A stretch of 64,000 nucleotides of DNA from Eledone cirrhosa (Eukaryota). The notes beneath the pieces are model-generated. The model saw nothing but the letters and a program-made list of their open reading frames with translations. It did not search any database and had not been told where the DNA came from. Position 1 is the stretch's first letter; each line of letters starts with the position of its first letter. Both the position numbers and the translations under genes were made by a program. Below, in pieces: positions 1-17,299 of the stretch. The DNA lies in contig OZ024740.1 in assembly GCA_964016885.1 (NCBI GenBank), forward strand, positions 27,280,001 to 27,344,000, given 5' to 3'.

Positions 1-3000
1 ACCACCAACACTACCACATTACCAGAACCACTACCACATTACCACAACCACTACCACCAACACTACCACATTACCACAACACTACCACCAACACTACCAC
101 AATACCACAACCACTACCACCAACACTACCACATTACCACAACCACTACAACCAGCACTACCACATTACCACAACCCTACCACCAACTCTACCACATAAC
201 CACAACACTACCACCAATACCACATTACCACAATATCTGCCACCAACACTACATTACCACAACCACTACCACCAACACTACTACATTGCCACAACCACTA
301 CCACCAACACTACCACGTTACAACAACCTCTGCCACCAACACTACATTACCACAGCCACTACCACCAACACTACTACATTACCACAACGACTACCACCAA
401 CACTACCACATTTCCATAACCACTACCACCAACACTACATTACCACAACCACTACCACCAACACTACCACATTACCACGACCACTACCACCAACACTACA
501 TTACCACAACCACTACCACCAACACAACCACATTACCACAACCACTACCACCAACACTACCACATTACCACAACCACCAACACTACCACATTACCACAAC
601 CACTACCACCAACACTAACACATTACCACAACCACTACCGCCAACACTACCACATTACCACAACCACTACCACCAACACTACCACATTTCCAGAACCACT
701 ACCACCAACACTACCACATTACCAGAACCACTACCACCAACACTACCACATTACCAGAACCACTACCACCAACACTACCACATTACCACAACCACTACCA
801 CCAACATTACCACATTACCACAACCACTACCACCAACACTACCACATTACCACAACCACTACCACTACCACCAACACTACTACATTACCACAACCACTAC
901 AACCAACACTACCACATTACCAGAACCGCTACCACCAACACTACCACATTACCACAACCACTACCACCAACTCTTCCACATTACCACAACACTACCACCA
1001 ACACTACCACGTTACCACAAACACTACCACCAACACTACCACATTACCACAACTACTACCACCAACACTACCACGATACCACAACCACTACCACCAACAC
1101 TACCACTTTACCACAACAACTACTACCAACACTACCACATTACCACAACCACTACCACCAACAATACCACATTACCACAACATCTGCCACCAACACTACA
1201 TTACCACAACCACTACCACCAACACTACTCCATTACCACAACCACTACCCCCAACGCTACCACAAACCACAACCACTACCACCAACACTACAACAATACC
1301 ACAACCACTACCACCAACACTACCACATTACCACAACCACTACCAACAACACTACCACAAGACTACAACCGCTACCACTAACACTACATTACATCAACCA
1401 CTAACACCAACACTACCATATCACGACAACCACTACCACGAACGCTACCACATCACCACAACCACTACTACCAACTCTACCCCGTTCCGACAACCAATAC
1501 CATCAACACTACTACATTACCACAACCACAACCACTACCACCAACACTACCACATTACCAGAACCACTACCACATTACCACAACCACTACCACCAACACT
1601 ACCACATTACCACAACACTACCACCAACACTACCACAATACCACAACCACTACCACCAACACTACCACATTACCACAACCACTACAACCAGCACTACCAC
1701 ATTACCACAACCCTACCACCAACTCTACCACATAACCACAACACTACCACCAATACCACATTACCACAATATCTGCCACCAACACTACATTACCACAACC
1801 ACTACCACCAACACTACTACATTGCCACAACCACTACCACCAACACTACCACGTTACAACAACCTCTGCCACCAACACTACATTACCACAGCCACTACCA
1901 CCAACACTACTACATTACCACAACGACTACCACCAACACTACCACATTTCCATAACCACTACCACCAACACTACATTACCACAACCACTACCACCAACAC
2001 TACCACATTACCACGACCACTACCACCAACACTACATTACCACAACCACTACCACCAACACAACCACATTACCACAACCACTACCACCAACACTACCACA
2101 TTACCACAACCACCAACACTACCACATTACCACAACCACTACCACCAACACTAACACATTACCACAACCACTACCGCCAACACTACCACATTACCACAAC
2201 CACTACCACCAACACTACCACATTTCCAGAACCACTACCACCAACACTACCACATTACCAGAACCACTACCACCAACACTACCACATTACCAGAACCACT
2301 ACCACCAACACTACCACATTACCACAACCACTACCACCAACATTACCACATTACCACAACCACTACCACCAACACTACCACATTACCACAACCACTACCA
2401 CTACCACCAACACTACTACATTACCACAACCACTACAACCAACACTACATTACCACAACCACTACCACCAACACTACCACATTACCAGGACGTCTACCAC
2501 CAACACTACCATATTACCACAACCACTACCACCAACACTACCACATTACCAGAACCGCTACCACCGACACTACCACATTACCACAACCACTACCACCAAC
2601 TCTTCCACATTACCACAACACTACCACCAACACTACCACGTTACCACAAACACTACCACCAACACTACCACATTACCACAACTACTACCACCAACACTAC
2701 CACGATACCACAACCACTACCACCAACACTACCACTTTACCACAACCACTACTACCAACACTACCACATTACCACAACCACTACCACCAACAATACCACA
2801 TTACCACAACATCTGCCACCAACACTACATTACCACAACCACTACCACCAACACTACTCCATTACCACAACCACTACCCCCAACGCTACCACAAACCACA
2901 ACCACTACCACCAACACTACAACAATACCACAACCACTACCACCAACACTACCACATTACCACAACCACTACCAACAACACTACCACAAGACTACAACCG

Positions 3001-6000
3001 CTACCACTAACACTACATTACATCAACCACTAACACCAACACTACCATATCACGACAACCACTACCACGAACGCTACCACATCACCACAACCACTACTAC
3101 CAACTCTACCCCGTTCCGACAACCAATACCATCAACACTACTACATTACCACAACCACAACCACTACCACCAACACTACCACATTACCAGAACCACTACC
3201 ACATTACCACAACCACTACCACCAACACTACCACATTACCACAACACTACCACCAACACTACCACAATACCACAACCACTACCACCAACACTACCACATT
3301 ACCACAACCACTACAACCAGCACTACCACATTACCACAACCCTACCACCAACTCTACCACATAACCACAACACTACCACCAATACCACATTACCACAATA
3401 TCTGCCACCAACACTACATTACCACAACCACTACCACCAACACTACTACATTGCCACAACCACTACCACCAACACTACCACGTTACAACAACCTCTGCCA
3501 CCAACACTACATTACCACAGCCACTACCACCAACACTACTACATTACCACAACGACTACCACCAACACTACCACATTTCCATAACCACTACCACCAACAC
3601 TACATTACCACAACCACTACCACCAACACTACCACATTACCACGACCACTACCACCAACACTACATTACCACAACCACTACCACCAACACAACCACATTA
3701 CCACAACCACTACCACCAACACTACCACATTACCACAACCACCAACACTACCACATTACCACAACCACTACCACCAACACTAACACATTACCACAACCAC
3801 TACCGCCAACACTACCACATTACCACAACCACTACCACCAACACTACCACATTTCCAGAACCACTACCACCAACACTACCACATTACCAGAACCACTACC
3901 ACCAATACTACCACATTACCAGAACCACTACCACCAACACTACCACATTACCACAACCACTACCACCAACATTACCACATTACCACAACCACTACCACCA
4001 ACACTACCACATTACCACAACCACTACCACTACCACCAACACTACTACATTACCACAACCACTACAACCAACACTACATTACCACAACCACTACCACCAA
4101 CACTACCACATTACCAGAACGTCTACCACCAACACTACCATATTACCACAACCACTACCACCAACACTACCACATTACCAGAACCGCTACCACCAACACT
4201 ACCACATTACCACAACCACTACCACCAACTCTTCCACATTACCACAACACTACCACCAACACTACCACGTTACCACAAACACTACCACCAACACTACCAC
4301 ATTACCACAACTACTACCACCAACACTACCACGATACCACAACCACTACCACCAACACTACCACTTTACCACAACCACTACTACCAACACTACCACATTA
4401 CCACAACCACTACCACCAACACTACCACGTTACCACAACCACTAGCCCCAACACTACCACATTACCACAACCACTACCACCAACACTACCACATTACCAC
4501 AACCACTACCACTAACACCACCACATTACCACAACCACTACCACCATCACTACCACATTAACACAACCACTACCACCAACACTACCACGTTACCACAACC
4601 ACTACCACCAACACTACCACATTACCACAACCACTACCAACAACACTACCACAATACTACAACCGCTACCACTAACACTACATTACATCAACCACTAACA
4701 CCAACACTACCATATCACGACAACCACTACCACGAACGCTACCACATTACCACAACCACTACTACCAACTCTACCCCGTTACTACAACCACTACCATCAA
4801 CACTACTACATTACCACAACCACAACAACTACCACCAACACTACCACATTACCACAACCACTACCACCAACACTACCACATTACCACAACACTACCACCA
4901 ACACTACCACAATACCACAACCACTACCACCAACACTACCGCATTACCAGAACCACTACCACATTACCACAACCACTACCACCAACACTACCACATTACC
5001 ACAACACGACCACCAACTCTACCACATAACCACAACACTACCACCAACAACACCACATTACCACAACATCTGCCACCAACACTACATTACCACAACCACT
5101 ACCACCAACAATACTGCATTGCTACAACCACTACCACCAACACTACCACGTTACAACAACCCTACCACCAACACTACCACATTACCACAACCTCTGCCAC
5201 CAACACTACATTACCACAGCCACTACCACCAACACTACTACATTACCACAACGACTACCACCAACACTACCACATTTCCATAACCACTACCACCAACACT
5301 ACATTACCACAACCACTACCACCAACACTACCACATTACCACGACCACTACCACCAACACTACCACATTACCACGACCACTACCACCAACACTACATTAC
5401 CACCAAAACTACCACCAACACAACCACATTACCACAACCACTACCACCAACACTACCACATTACCACTACCACCAACACTAACACATTACCACAACCACT
5501 ACCACCAACACTACCACATTACCACAACCACTACCACCAACACTACCACATTTCCAGAACCACTACCACCAACACTACCACATTACCAGGACGTCTACCA
5601 CCAACACTACCATATTACCACAACCACTACCACCAACACTACCACATTACCAGAACCGCTACCACCAACACTACCACATTACCACAACCACTACCACCAA
5701 CTCTTCCACATTACCAAAACACTACCACCAACACTACCACGTTACCACAACCACTACCACCAACACTACCACATTACCACAACTACTACCACCAACACTA
5801 CCACGATACCACAACCACTACCACCAACACTACCACATTACCACAACACTACCACCAACACTACCACAATACCACAACCACTACCACCAACACTACCACA
5901 TTACCACAACCACTACAACCAGCACTACCACATTACCACAACCCTACCACCAACTCTACCACATAACCACAACACTACCACCAATACCACATTACCCCAA

Positions 6001-8282
6001 TATCTGCCACCAACACTACATTAACACAACCACTACCACCAACACTACTACATTGCCACAACCACTACCACCAACACTACCACGTTACAACAACCTCTGC
6101 CACCACCACTACATTACCACAGCCACTACCACCAACACTACTACATTACCACAACGACTACCACCAACACTACCACATTTCCATAACCACTACCACCAAC
6201 ACTACATTATCACAACCACTACCACCAACACTACCACATTACCACGATCACTACCACCAACACTACATTACCACAACCACTACCACCAACACAACCACAT
6301 TACCACAACCACTACCACCAACACTACCACATTACCACAACCACCAACACTACCACATTACCACAACCACTACCACCAACACTAACACATTACCACAACC
6401 ACTACCGCCAACACTACCACATTACCACAACCACTACCACCAACACTACCACATTTCCAGAACCACTACCACCAACAATACCACATTACCAGAACCACTA
6501 CCACCAACACTACCACATTACCAGAACCACTACCACCAACACTACCACATTACCACAACCACTACCACCAACATTACCACATTACCACAACCACTACCAC
6601 CAACACTACCACATTACCACAACCACTACCACTACCACCAACACTACTACATTACCACAACCACTACAACCAACACTACATTACCACAACCACTACCACC
6701 AACACTACCACATTACCAGAACGTCTACCACCAACACTACCATATTACCACAACCACTACCACCAACACTACCACATTACCAGAACCGCTACCACCAACA
6801 CTACCACATTACCACAACCACTACCACCAACTCTTCCACATTACCACAACACTACCACCAACACTACCACGTTACCACAAACACTACCACCAACACTACC
6901 ACATTACCACAACTACTACCACCAACACTACCACGATACCACAACCACTACCACCAACACTACCACTTTACCACAAACACTACTACCAACACTACCACAT
7001 TACCACAACCACTACCACCAACACTACCACGTTACCACAACCACTAGCCCCAACACTACCACATTACCACAACCACTACCACCAACACTACCACATTACC
7101 ACAACCACTACCACTAACACCACCACATTACCACAACCACTACCACCAACACTACCACATTACCACAACCACTACCACCAACACTACCACATTACCACAA
7201 CCACTACCACCATCACTACCACATTAACACAACCACTACCACCAACACTACCACGTTACCACAACCACTACCACCAACACTACCACATTACCACAACCAC
7301 TACCAACAACACTACCACAATACTACAACCGCTACCACTAACACTACATTACATCAACCACTAACACCAACACTACCATATCACGACAACCACTACCACG
7401 AACGCTACCACATTACCACAACCACTACTACCAACTCTACCCCGTTACTACAACCACTACCATCAACACTACTACATTACCACAACCACAACAACTACCA
7501 CCAACACTACCACATTACCACAACCACTACCACCAACACTACCACATTACCACAACACTACCACCAACACTACCACAATACCACAACCACTACCACCAAC
7601 ACTACCACATTACCAGAACCACTACCACATTACCACAACCACTACCACCAACACTACCACATTACCACAACACGACCACCAACTCTACCACATAACCACA
7701 ACCACTACCACAACCACTACCACCAATACTACCACGTTACCACAACCCTACCACCAACACTACCACATTACCACAATACTACCACCAACACTACCACATT
7801 ACCACAACCACTACCACAACCACTACCACCAATTCTACCACGTTACCACAACCACTACCACCAACACTACCACATTACCACAACCACTACCACCAACACT
7901 ACCACATTACCACAACCACTACCACCAACACTACCACGTTACCACAACCACTACGACCAACACTACCACATTACCACAACCACTACCACCAACACTACCA
8001 CATTACCACAACCATTACCACTAACACTACCACATTACCACAACCACTACCACCAACACTACCACATTACCACAACCACTACCACTAACACTACCACATT
8101 ACCACAACCACTATCACCAACACTACCACATTACCACAACAACTACCACCAACACTACCACGTTACCACAACCACTACCACCAACACTACCACATTACCA
8201 CAACCACTGCCACCAACACTACCACGTTACCACAACCACTACCACCAACACTACCACGTTACCACAACCACTGCCACCAACA
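1..8282. repeat. 32-bp satellite (consensus ACCACAACCACTACCACCAACACTACCACATT) with kb-scale higher-order repeats; runs off the left edge
   Basis: Unit read directly; + strand nearly G-free. Diagnostic variant blocks recur at 286/1822/3451/6053, and CCCGTT recurs at 1481/3110/4775/7441. Confidence 0.97.
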
Positions 8283-8332
8283 ATACCTCAATATTTCTCT
8301 TCCTCAAATTGCTGTTTTCTCTAATAAATTTA

Positions 8333-8445
8333 TAATTGTTTCTACTTTTGGCACAAGTCTGCTCTTAACCAGTACATTACTGGTACTTTATTTTATCGAC
8401 CCCGTAATGATGAAAGGCAAAGTTAACCGTGGCTGGATTTGAACT
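8333..8445 (-). mobile_element. tRNA-derived SINE family A, 5'-truncated
   Basis: Reverse complement of AGTTCAAATCC...ACTTTGCCTTTCATC...GGGGTCGATAAAATAAAGTACCAG...GTAGAAACAATTA, as in the full copies at 41334 and 63818. Confidence 0.85.
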
Positions 8446-8654
8446 AATAAATTTATAATATTTGGTTGAGAGATATGGTGAATTTTTCTAGCCAAATGTC
8501 GCCGCAGTGATTTGAGTCCTATCTCTATATTTTACATATATTCATGTGATTATATTAACATTAGTACCACCTGTCATATGTATGTATTGTGAGTGTGAAG
8601 GTTCGGAATTATGAATACCATACATAAACGCACAAGGGCACATACACACACACT

Positions 8655-8725
<71 letters not shown>

Positions 8726-8728
<3 letters not shown>

Positions 8729-9130
8729 ATATTAATAAATGGAAACTATATTTATAAAACCATAATTATTTTATTATAGATATTTCAAGGGCAACCAAGA
8801 CAAATTATGGTGCGCTTTCATAAGATAAAATACAGATTTGTTTTATAAATAAATATTGACATACCCGGAAAAAAAGACAACCTCAACGGTTGGAGCTTCA
8901 TGGATGTCAATATTTATTTATAAAACAAATGTGTATTTTATCTGATGAAAGCGCACCATAATTTACCTTGGTTGCCCTTGAAATATGTATAATAAAATAA
9001 AATAAATATGGTTTTACAAATATAGTTTCCATTTATTAATATATTGTTTATTTACTCCACTAACTTGTTGAGTGCTTTATATCAGTTATAAACAATGTTT
9101 AAGCTTGTTGAATCCCAACAAGTTAAATAT
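8726..9130. mobile_element. PLE pseudo-LTR inverted pair in (TA)n; hammerhead motif at 8934-8999 (+)
   Basis: Arms about 8726-8862 and 8904-9047 are reverse complements. Motif: TATTTTAT-CTGATGA-stem II-GAAA-T-ATGT-ATA-ATAAAATA. Family copies at about 21695-21835, 33390-33640, 34545-34745 and 37240-37370. Confidence 0.75.
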
Positions 9131-9349
9131 AACCTCTACATATATATATATATATATATGTGGGGAGGGGTGTATGTTTGCGCGTGTGTGTGTGTGTGCA
9201 TAAATACATACATCGATACATACAGGCCAAAACATTCCCAGCAATCAAAACAACATCAACTGACGAACATGTGAACGTGAGATTTGTTATGCCATGTATA
9301 TTCATTCTGTCATTACTACTACAGAGCTCCCACGAGCTTTTGATTCCTG

Positions 9350-9452
9350 AGTCGGGCCAGCTTGATACAGATCGAACCATGAGCTGATCAATAGCGAAAC
9401 GCGCGTCACCAACCAATAAACGTAATGAAGGCTTAACTAATCGTCCTTGTAT
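9350..9452 (+). mobile_element. 3' part of hammerhead-bearing repeat (same family as 13697-13825 and 45280-45420)
   Basis: Shared GTCGGG...GATACAGATCGAACC.TGAGCTGATCA...GAAACGCGCGTCACCAACCAATAAA...AATCGTCCTTGT. Confidence 0.7.
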
Positions 9453-9467
9453 TATTATTAATGTTAT

Positions 9468-9860
9468 ATTGGCAGTATCGGTAGAGGGCCTGAAGCCATG
9501 CTTTGCAACAAAGAGTTATGGCCCTTTATGGTCAAATCCCGTCGAGGTTAACTTTGCCTTTCATCCTTACGGCGTCGATAAAATAAAGTACCAGTAATAG
9601 ACTTGAATAATTGCTGGCCTTGTGCCTAAAGTAGAAACAATTATTATTATTATTATTATTATTATTGGATTGGCAGTATCGGTAAAGGGTCGGACGCCAT
9701 GCTTTGCAGCAAAGAGTTACGGCCCTTTATAGTCTGAGTTCAAATCACGTCGAGGTTAACTTTGCCTTTCATCCTTACGGCGTCGATAAAATAAAGTATC
9801 AGTAATAGACTGGGATAATTGCTGGCCTTGTGCCTAAAGTAGAAACAATTATTATTATTA
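9468..9860 (+). mobile_element. Two tandem copies of SINE family A, each with an (ATT)n tail
   Basis: A-box-like TGGCAGTATCGG in both copies, B-box GAGTTCAAATC in the second, conserved body; units about 9468-9665 and 9666-9860. Confidence 0.9.
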
Positions 9861-9884
9861 TATATATATAAATATGTATATATG

Positions 9885-9939
<55 letters not shown>

Positions 9940-10307
9940 TTTATATATGCCTGTGTGAGTATGTATATATGTATACAAAATTAGGTTTGTATTGTAGTAC
10001 AATAAGAGGACCACTCTTACGACTACAAACACGTCCACCAGAGTTACAAACAGCAGCACTACTGCAAACAACACAGTCTGCTAGGAACGTAACAGTGTTG
10101 TATAGGCAGAATACAAGAGAAATCAGCTAACTATTCGCATGAGTGCTGGTGACGTCATTATCTGTAAGACTGTCGTCCACCAATGGAGTGTCTTGTACTT
10201 AGCTGACATTGTCTTGAGAGAACACAACATAGAGATGCAAAAAATATATATATAACAATTATAGACACACATAGACACATACAGAATCACACATACACAC
10301 ACATATG

Positions 10308-10421
<114 letters not shown>

Positions 10422-10442
10422 TATTGTATATATATGTGTGTG

Positions 10443-10480
<38 letters not shown>

Positions 10481-10539
10481 TATAGTAATAATAATAAATG
10501 TGAAGACTAAAATCCATATATATATATATACATATATAT

Positions 10540-10649
<110 letters not shown>

Positions 10650-11217
10650 GTATATATATATATATGGATTTTAGTCTTCACATTTATTATTATTACTATA
10701 TATTTATATATATATATATATATATATACGCATATATATAGCATGGCCTCAGCCGGATGGCTGAAACAGGTAAAAGAGTAAAAGAGTATACGCATATATA
10801 TATATATAAATGTCAATATATATTTTGTATATTAATTATAGATAAATACATATATAATACAGACATATATAAATATATATATATATATAAATGCATATAT
10901 ATATAAGCAAGCACACACACGTATGTATGCATATTAGCGTATATATCAGTTTATACATACGTACATATATATAAATATATACATATGTGGTGTCTGTGTG
11001 TGTGTGCATGTATGAGTGCTTGTATATATACACACTTACATGCATATATGTATACACACTTACATGCATATATGTATACACACACACATATAAATATATG
11101 TTGTCTGTGTGTGTATATATATATGTGTATGTGTATATATATATATATGTGTGTGTATGTGCGTGTATATACGTGTGTAAGTGTATATATATATATATGT
11201 GTGTGTGTAGGTGTGTG

Positions 11218-11248
<31 letters not shown>

Positions 11249-11303
11249 ATGTATATGTGTGTGTGTGTCTATGTGTGTGTATATATATATATGTGTATGT
11301 GTG

Positions 11304-11347
<44 letters not shown>

Positions 11348-12193
11348 TGTGTGTGTGTGTATAAAACCATCTAATCAAAATAGCTGGTAGACAGATAAGA
11401 CAAGAATCAATATATAAAAATGGAATGAGTGTATATATGTGAATATGTATGTGTATATACGTGTATATGTATGTGTGTATATGTGAATATGTATGTGTAT
11501 ATATGTGTATATGTATGTGTATATACTTGTATATGTATGTGTATATACGTTAATATGTATGTGTATATATGTGAATATGTATGTGTATATACGTGTATAT
11601 GTATGTGTATATATGTGAATATGTATGTGTATAGATGTGTATATGTGTGTGTATATGTCTTTATATATATGTATATGTGTGTATATGTGTGTAAATGTGT
11701 GTTAATTTTGTGTATCTGTGTGTATGTGTATATAAGTATGTATGTGTATGTTTATATGTGTATATGTGTATGTGTGTGTATAGGTGTATATGTTTGTATA
11801 AGTGTCTATGTGTGTGTAAATGAGTGTATATCTGCGTATATCTGTGTAAATGTGTGTATATCTGTGTATATCTGTGTATATATATGTGTAAATGGTGTAT
11901 ATCTTTGTATATCTGTGTAAATGTGTGTATATATGTCTATATATGTGTATATCTGTGTATATGTAAGTATATGTGTTTATATATATATGTATATGTGTGT
12001 ATATGTAATTATATGTGTTTCTATGTGTTTATATATGTGTATAAGTAAGTATGTATGTGTATGTACATGTATATGTGTACATTTTGTGTGGCTCTGTAAT
12101 TAAACACGGGACTCTTTTCTACATGTTTAATATATGATACCATATGCAGACATATGTATATATATATATATATATAATATATATCTATATATA

Positions 12194-12243
<50 letters not shown>

Positions 12244-12269
12244 GTATATATATATATATATATACAATA

Positions 12270-12324
<55 letters not shown>

Positions 12325-12599
12325 GTATATATATATATATATACAATATATATGTATATATGTGTATATATATATATATACAATATATATGTATATATAT
12401 ATATACATATATATACATATATATTGTATATATATATATACATATATGTACATATATATTGTATATACATATATATACAATATATATATGTATATATATG
12501 TATATATATGTATATATATGTATATACAATATATATGTATATATATGTATATATATATATACAATATATATGTATATATATGTATATATATATATATAT

Positions 12600-12732
<133 letters not shown>

Positions 12733-13024
12733 ATATATATGTATATATATATATATGTGTATGTGTGAGTGTGTATATATATATATATATATATATATGT
12801 GTCTGTGTGTGTGTGTGTACATTCCTGCCAAGAATATATGTCTATATATCAATATGTATGCCACATCTACTGTCATCATCATCAGCAGCAGCATTAAAAT
12901 GATGATCTTTGACGTCATCAGCCACATCATCATCGTCATGAGCACCAGAGTTACTTAGGAAACCTTATATGCGCACTTGTATATATATCTATGCGTGTGT
13001 AATATGTATATATATATATATATA

Positions 13025-13276
<252 letters not shown>

Positions 13277-13280
13277 GTGA

Positions 13281-13497
13281 AGGCGTGTGGCTGAGTGGTT
13301 AGAGAATTGGATTCGCAATCGTAAGATTGTGAGTTCGATTCCTGGACCAGGCGATGCGTTATGTCCTTGGGCAAGACACTTTATTTCACGTTGCTCCTTC
13401 TACCTGGAGTTGCGCCCGATAGATAGTATTAGCAATTGGAAAGACCAACGGAAACATTGTTCCCTCGGTCCGATTTGACGAAAGTCGATCGTCTTCC
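13281..13497 (+). mobile_element. tRNA-derived SINE family B, full length
   Basis: A box GTGGCTGAGTGG, B box GAGTTCGATTCC, central GTCCTTGGGCAAGACACTTTA. Reverse copies at about 21155-21350, 50847-51062 and 52008-52219. Confidence 0.9.
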
Positions 13498-13526
13498 TAA
13501 AAAATACATATATATCTATGCGTGTG

Positions 13527-13572
<46 letters not shown>

Positions 13573-13585
13573 CTGTGTCTGTGCA

Positions 13586-13620
<35 letters not shown>

Positions 13621-13937
13621 ATGCACACACACACACACATATGTATATATATATATATATACATATATATACATATGTGTGTCTACAAGCATTTTAAGGG
13701 GTCCGTCGAGCTGCGAAATAACAGTCGGGTAAGATCGATACAGTTCCAACCTTGAGCTGACCAGTGGCGAAACGCAAGTCACTAACCAATAAATGTAATG
13801 AAGGAGTAACCAATCGTCCTTGTTATCCTTTCAATATATTACACTCTGACTAGCTCCATATCTCGACACTGCAGTGAACCTAAACATAGATTACTCACCC
13901 GGGTGAACCTACAGTAACTCCAGGTTAAACTTCCTGG

Positions 13938-13990
<53 letters not shown>

Positions 13991-13992
<2 letters not shown>

Positions 13993-14047
13993 ATTGAGTA
14001 CTTTGATGCGTTATGGTCCATCTGGTTCCTTACGACATTTCCTTCAT

Positions 14048-14082
<35 letters not shown>

Positions 14083-14220
14083 CGAAGGAAAATGTGGTAA
14101 GGAACCAGGTGGACCATAACGCATCAAAGTACTCAATACTTACGGTAGTAGAGTGGGTAATAGGAACAAGTAGGACCCCGACGGCTGAGCTCAAGCCGTT
14201 TCGACGGCTAATTCTGGACT
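13991..14220. mobile_element. Two opposed pseudo-LTR 3' tails of the 37415-39379 PLE family flanking one (TA)n
   Basis: 13991-14048 is the reverse complement of 14081-14139; the second copy extends to the hammerhead 3' half (GACCCCGACGGCTGAGCTCAAGCCGTTTCGAC on +). Confidence 0.85.
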
Positions 14221-14772
14221 CTGGTGTGGTAGTTGTGGTAGGTTCACCAGTAATATTAGTTTATATATATGAAAGGTAGATGAGTAAATATAGAAACAAG
14301 GGGACACAAACACATACACATAGACACACATATATACACACATATATACGCAACACAAAATCACACAAACATATACGGTGTATACACACACACACATATA
14401 CACACATATATACACAACACACAATCACACACACATACGGTGTATACACACATATACACACATATATACGCAACACACAATCACACACACATATACGGTG
14501 TATACACACACACACATAGACCTACATATATACACAACACACAATCACACACACATACGGTGTATACACACATTTACACACATATATACACAACACACAA
14601 TCACACACACATACGGTGTATACACACACACACACATAGACACCCATATCACACACACAATCACACACACATACGGTGTATACACACACACATTCCTTTA
14701 CATAAGTCATCATTAATATATAGACGGAAACATATATACAAACTGTGCTTCATTTATTAAGTTGTTCCGGTG

Positions 14773-14830
<58 letters not shown>

Positions 14831-14837
14831 ATACACC

Positions 14838-14919
<82 letters not shown>

Positions 14920-15015
14920 TATATATACATACATATGTGTGTGTGTGTGTTTATATATATATATATATCCATAGGTGAATGTATACTCATGCACATACAG
15001 ACACTCACCCTCTCC

Positions 15016-15057
<42 letters not shown>

Positions 15058-15103
15058 TATATATAAATGTATGTATATATCTATATATGTATATATCTAT
15101 ATA

Positions 15104-15151
<48 letters not shown>

Positions 15152-15189
15152 GTATGTATGTAGAACTGTGTGTATATCTGATGTCTCAA

Positions 15190-15222
<33 letters not shown>

Positions 15223-15310
15223 TAAATGTATGTATATATCTATATGTATATATGTATATATATACATATATATGGTGTGTATGTATGTAGAACTGTGTGT
15301 ATATCTGATG

Positions 15311-15358
<48 letters not shown>

Positions 15359-15387
15359 ATATATATATAAATGTATGTATATATCTC

Positions 15388-15459
<72 letters not shown>

Positions 15460-15495
15460 GTCTAAAATATATATATATATATGTATGTATATATC

Positions 15496-15531
<36 letters not shown>

Positions 15532-15940
15532 TATATGGTGTGTATATATATATATATACACATATATGGTGTGTATGTTGAACTATGTGTATATCTGATG
15601 TCTAATTAAGTGGTAAGAAAATAGGGAGATGAATATCTTGAGGCAGAAGTAAGAAAAACTGATATGAATTCATCTTTAAAAATGTAGTATCAGCTAAATA
15701 GATGAAGGGTGGTGGGTATATATACTAACATATTATATATATGTATATATCTATATATGTATATATGTATATAGTATGTATATGTATGTATATATGTATA
15801 TATGTATGAATGTTTATATGTATGTATGTATGTCTATATGTATGTATGAATGTATCTATGTATGTATATATGTATGTATGTATGTATATATGAATGTATC
15901 TATGTATGTATATATGTTTATATATATAATTATGTATATG

Positions 15941-16028
<88 letters not shown>

Positions 16029-16032
16029 CATA

Positions 16033-16106
<74 letters not shown>

Positions 16107-16142
16107 CACATATATATATACAGATATATATATATAGACAAA

Positions 16143-16177
<35 letters not shown>

Positions 16178-16434
16178 CGTAGATATATGTATATAACGTT
16201 GTTAATATATTATTTTTTTCTCCACCTTAACGAGTTATCTGCCTTACCTAGCATTCTCTACTTTCTGGGTTACTGCAGTGTATTAAACTAGCAGTAGTTT
16301 CTTGAAATGTTATATTAATTGTCTAATTATCTCACCCTTCTTACTCTACTTCTCTCTAAATTAGGTTACTGATTCTTGCTTTTTGGCTTTTCAAAATTAT
16401 GTATATACACACACTTACACACACACACACATAC

Positions 16435-16479
<45 letters not shown>

Positions 16480-16497
16480 TATATATAAATATATATA

Positions 16498-16548
<51 letters not shown>

Positions 16549-16680
16549 ATATATACACACGTATATACATATTTATATATATAAATATATATATATATTT
16601 ATATATATATATATATATACATACATATTTATATATATATATATACACATATTTATATATATTTATATATATATTTATAC

Positions 16681-16756
<76 letters not shown>

Positions 16757-17299
16757 TTATATATATAAATATATGCATTTCTATATATATATATTTTAAT
16801 ATATATATGTATATATATATGCATTTTTTCCTTGTGTTTCCTTACGTGCTAATTAGCTTGCTCGGATTGATAACTCTTAGTTTGCTGTTGTGTTTGTTGT
16901 TGTTTTGCTCCAGGTCAGTTCTGTTCAAGCATACTTATGATCAAAGGTATTCTTATCGTGGCCCTCTCCTCTTTTCACTTATATTTTATCCTAAACTGCA
17001 TAATTTTACACACATATCTTTCTGATTTTTTTTTTCTGTATCTATTTTGTACTATTTGAGCAACATTTGCCTCCTATTTCTAGCAATGCAGTAACTGTGT
17101 AGAGGTTCTCCCATTGGTTAGTGTACGTTGTTGTAGTGATGTTGGAGGTTGTTGTGGCTGTTTAGCACAACATTAGCTCAATTCTAGCACACACATGTCC
17201 AAAGTCACTCTAGACATTGGTCAACATCTCTGTAGTCAGATTTCATCGCGGTAGTACATAAATACACATGTAGGTGGCACTGTGTAGTTAGGAGCGAAA

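Noticed and set aside
286-6385. Four near-identical 110-aa Thr/His/Pro ORFs resembling a mucin or gene cluster
   Set aside because: They are translations of the 32-bp satellite; the unit is not a multiple of 3 and the starts are TTG variants.
9985-10240. Non-repetitive island with a short Thr-rich frame
   Set aside because: Frames are short and splice signals ambiguous.
13281-13360. Possible tRNA genes at SINE heads
   Set aside because: They continue into multi-copy SINE bodies; no clean acceptor stem or terminator.
16905-17125. Two 33-nt AG...GT micro-exon-like segments
   Set aside because: Too short to distinguish from chance without transcripts.
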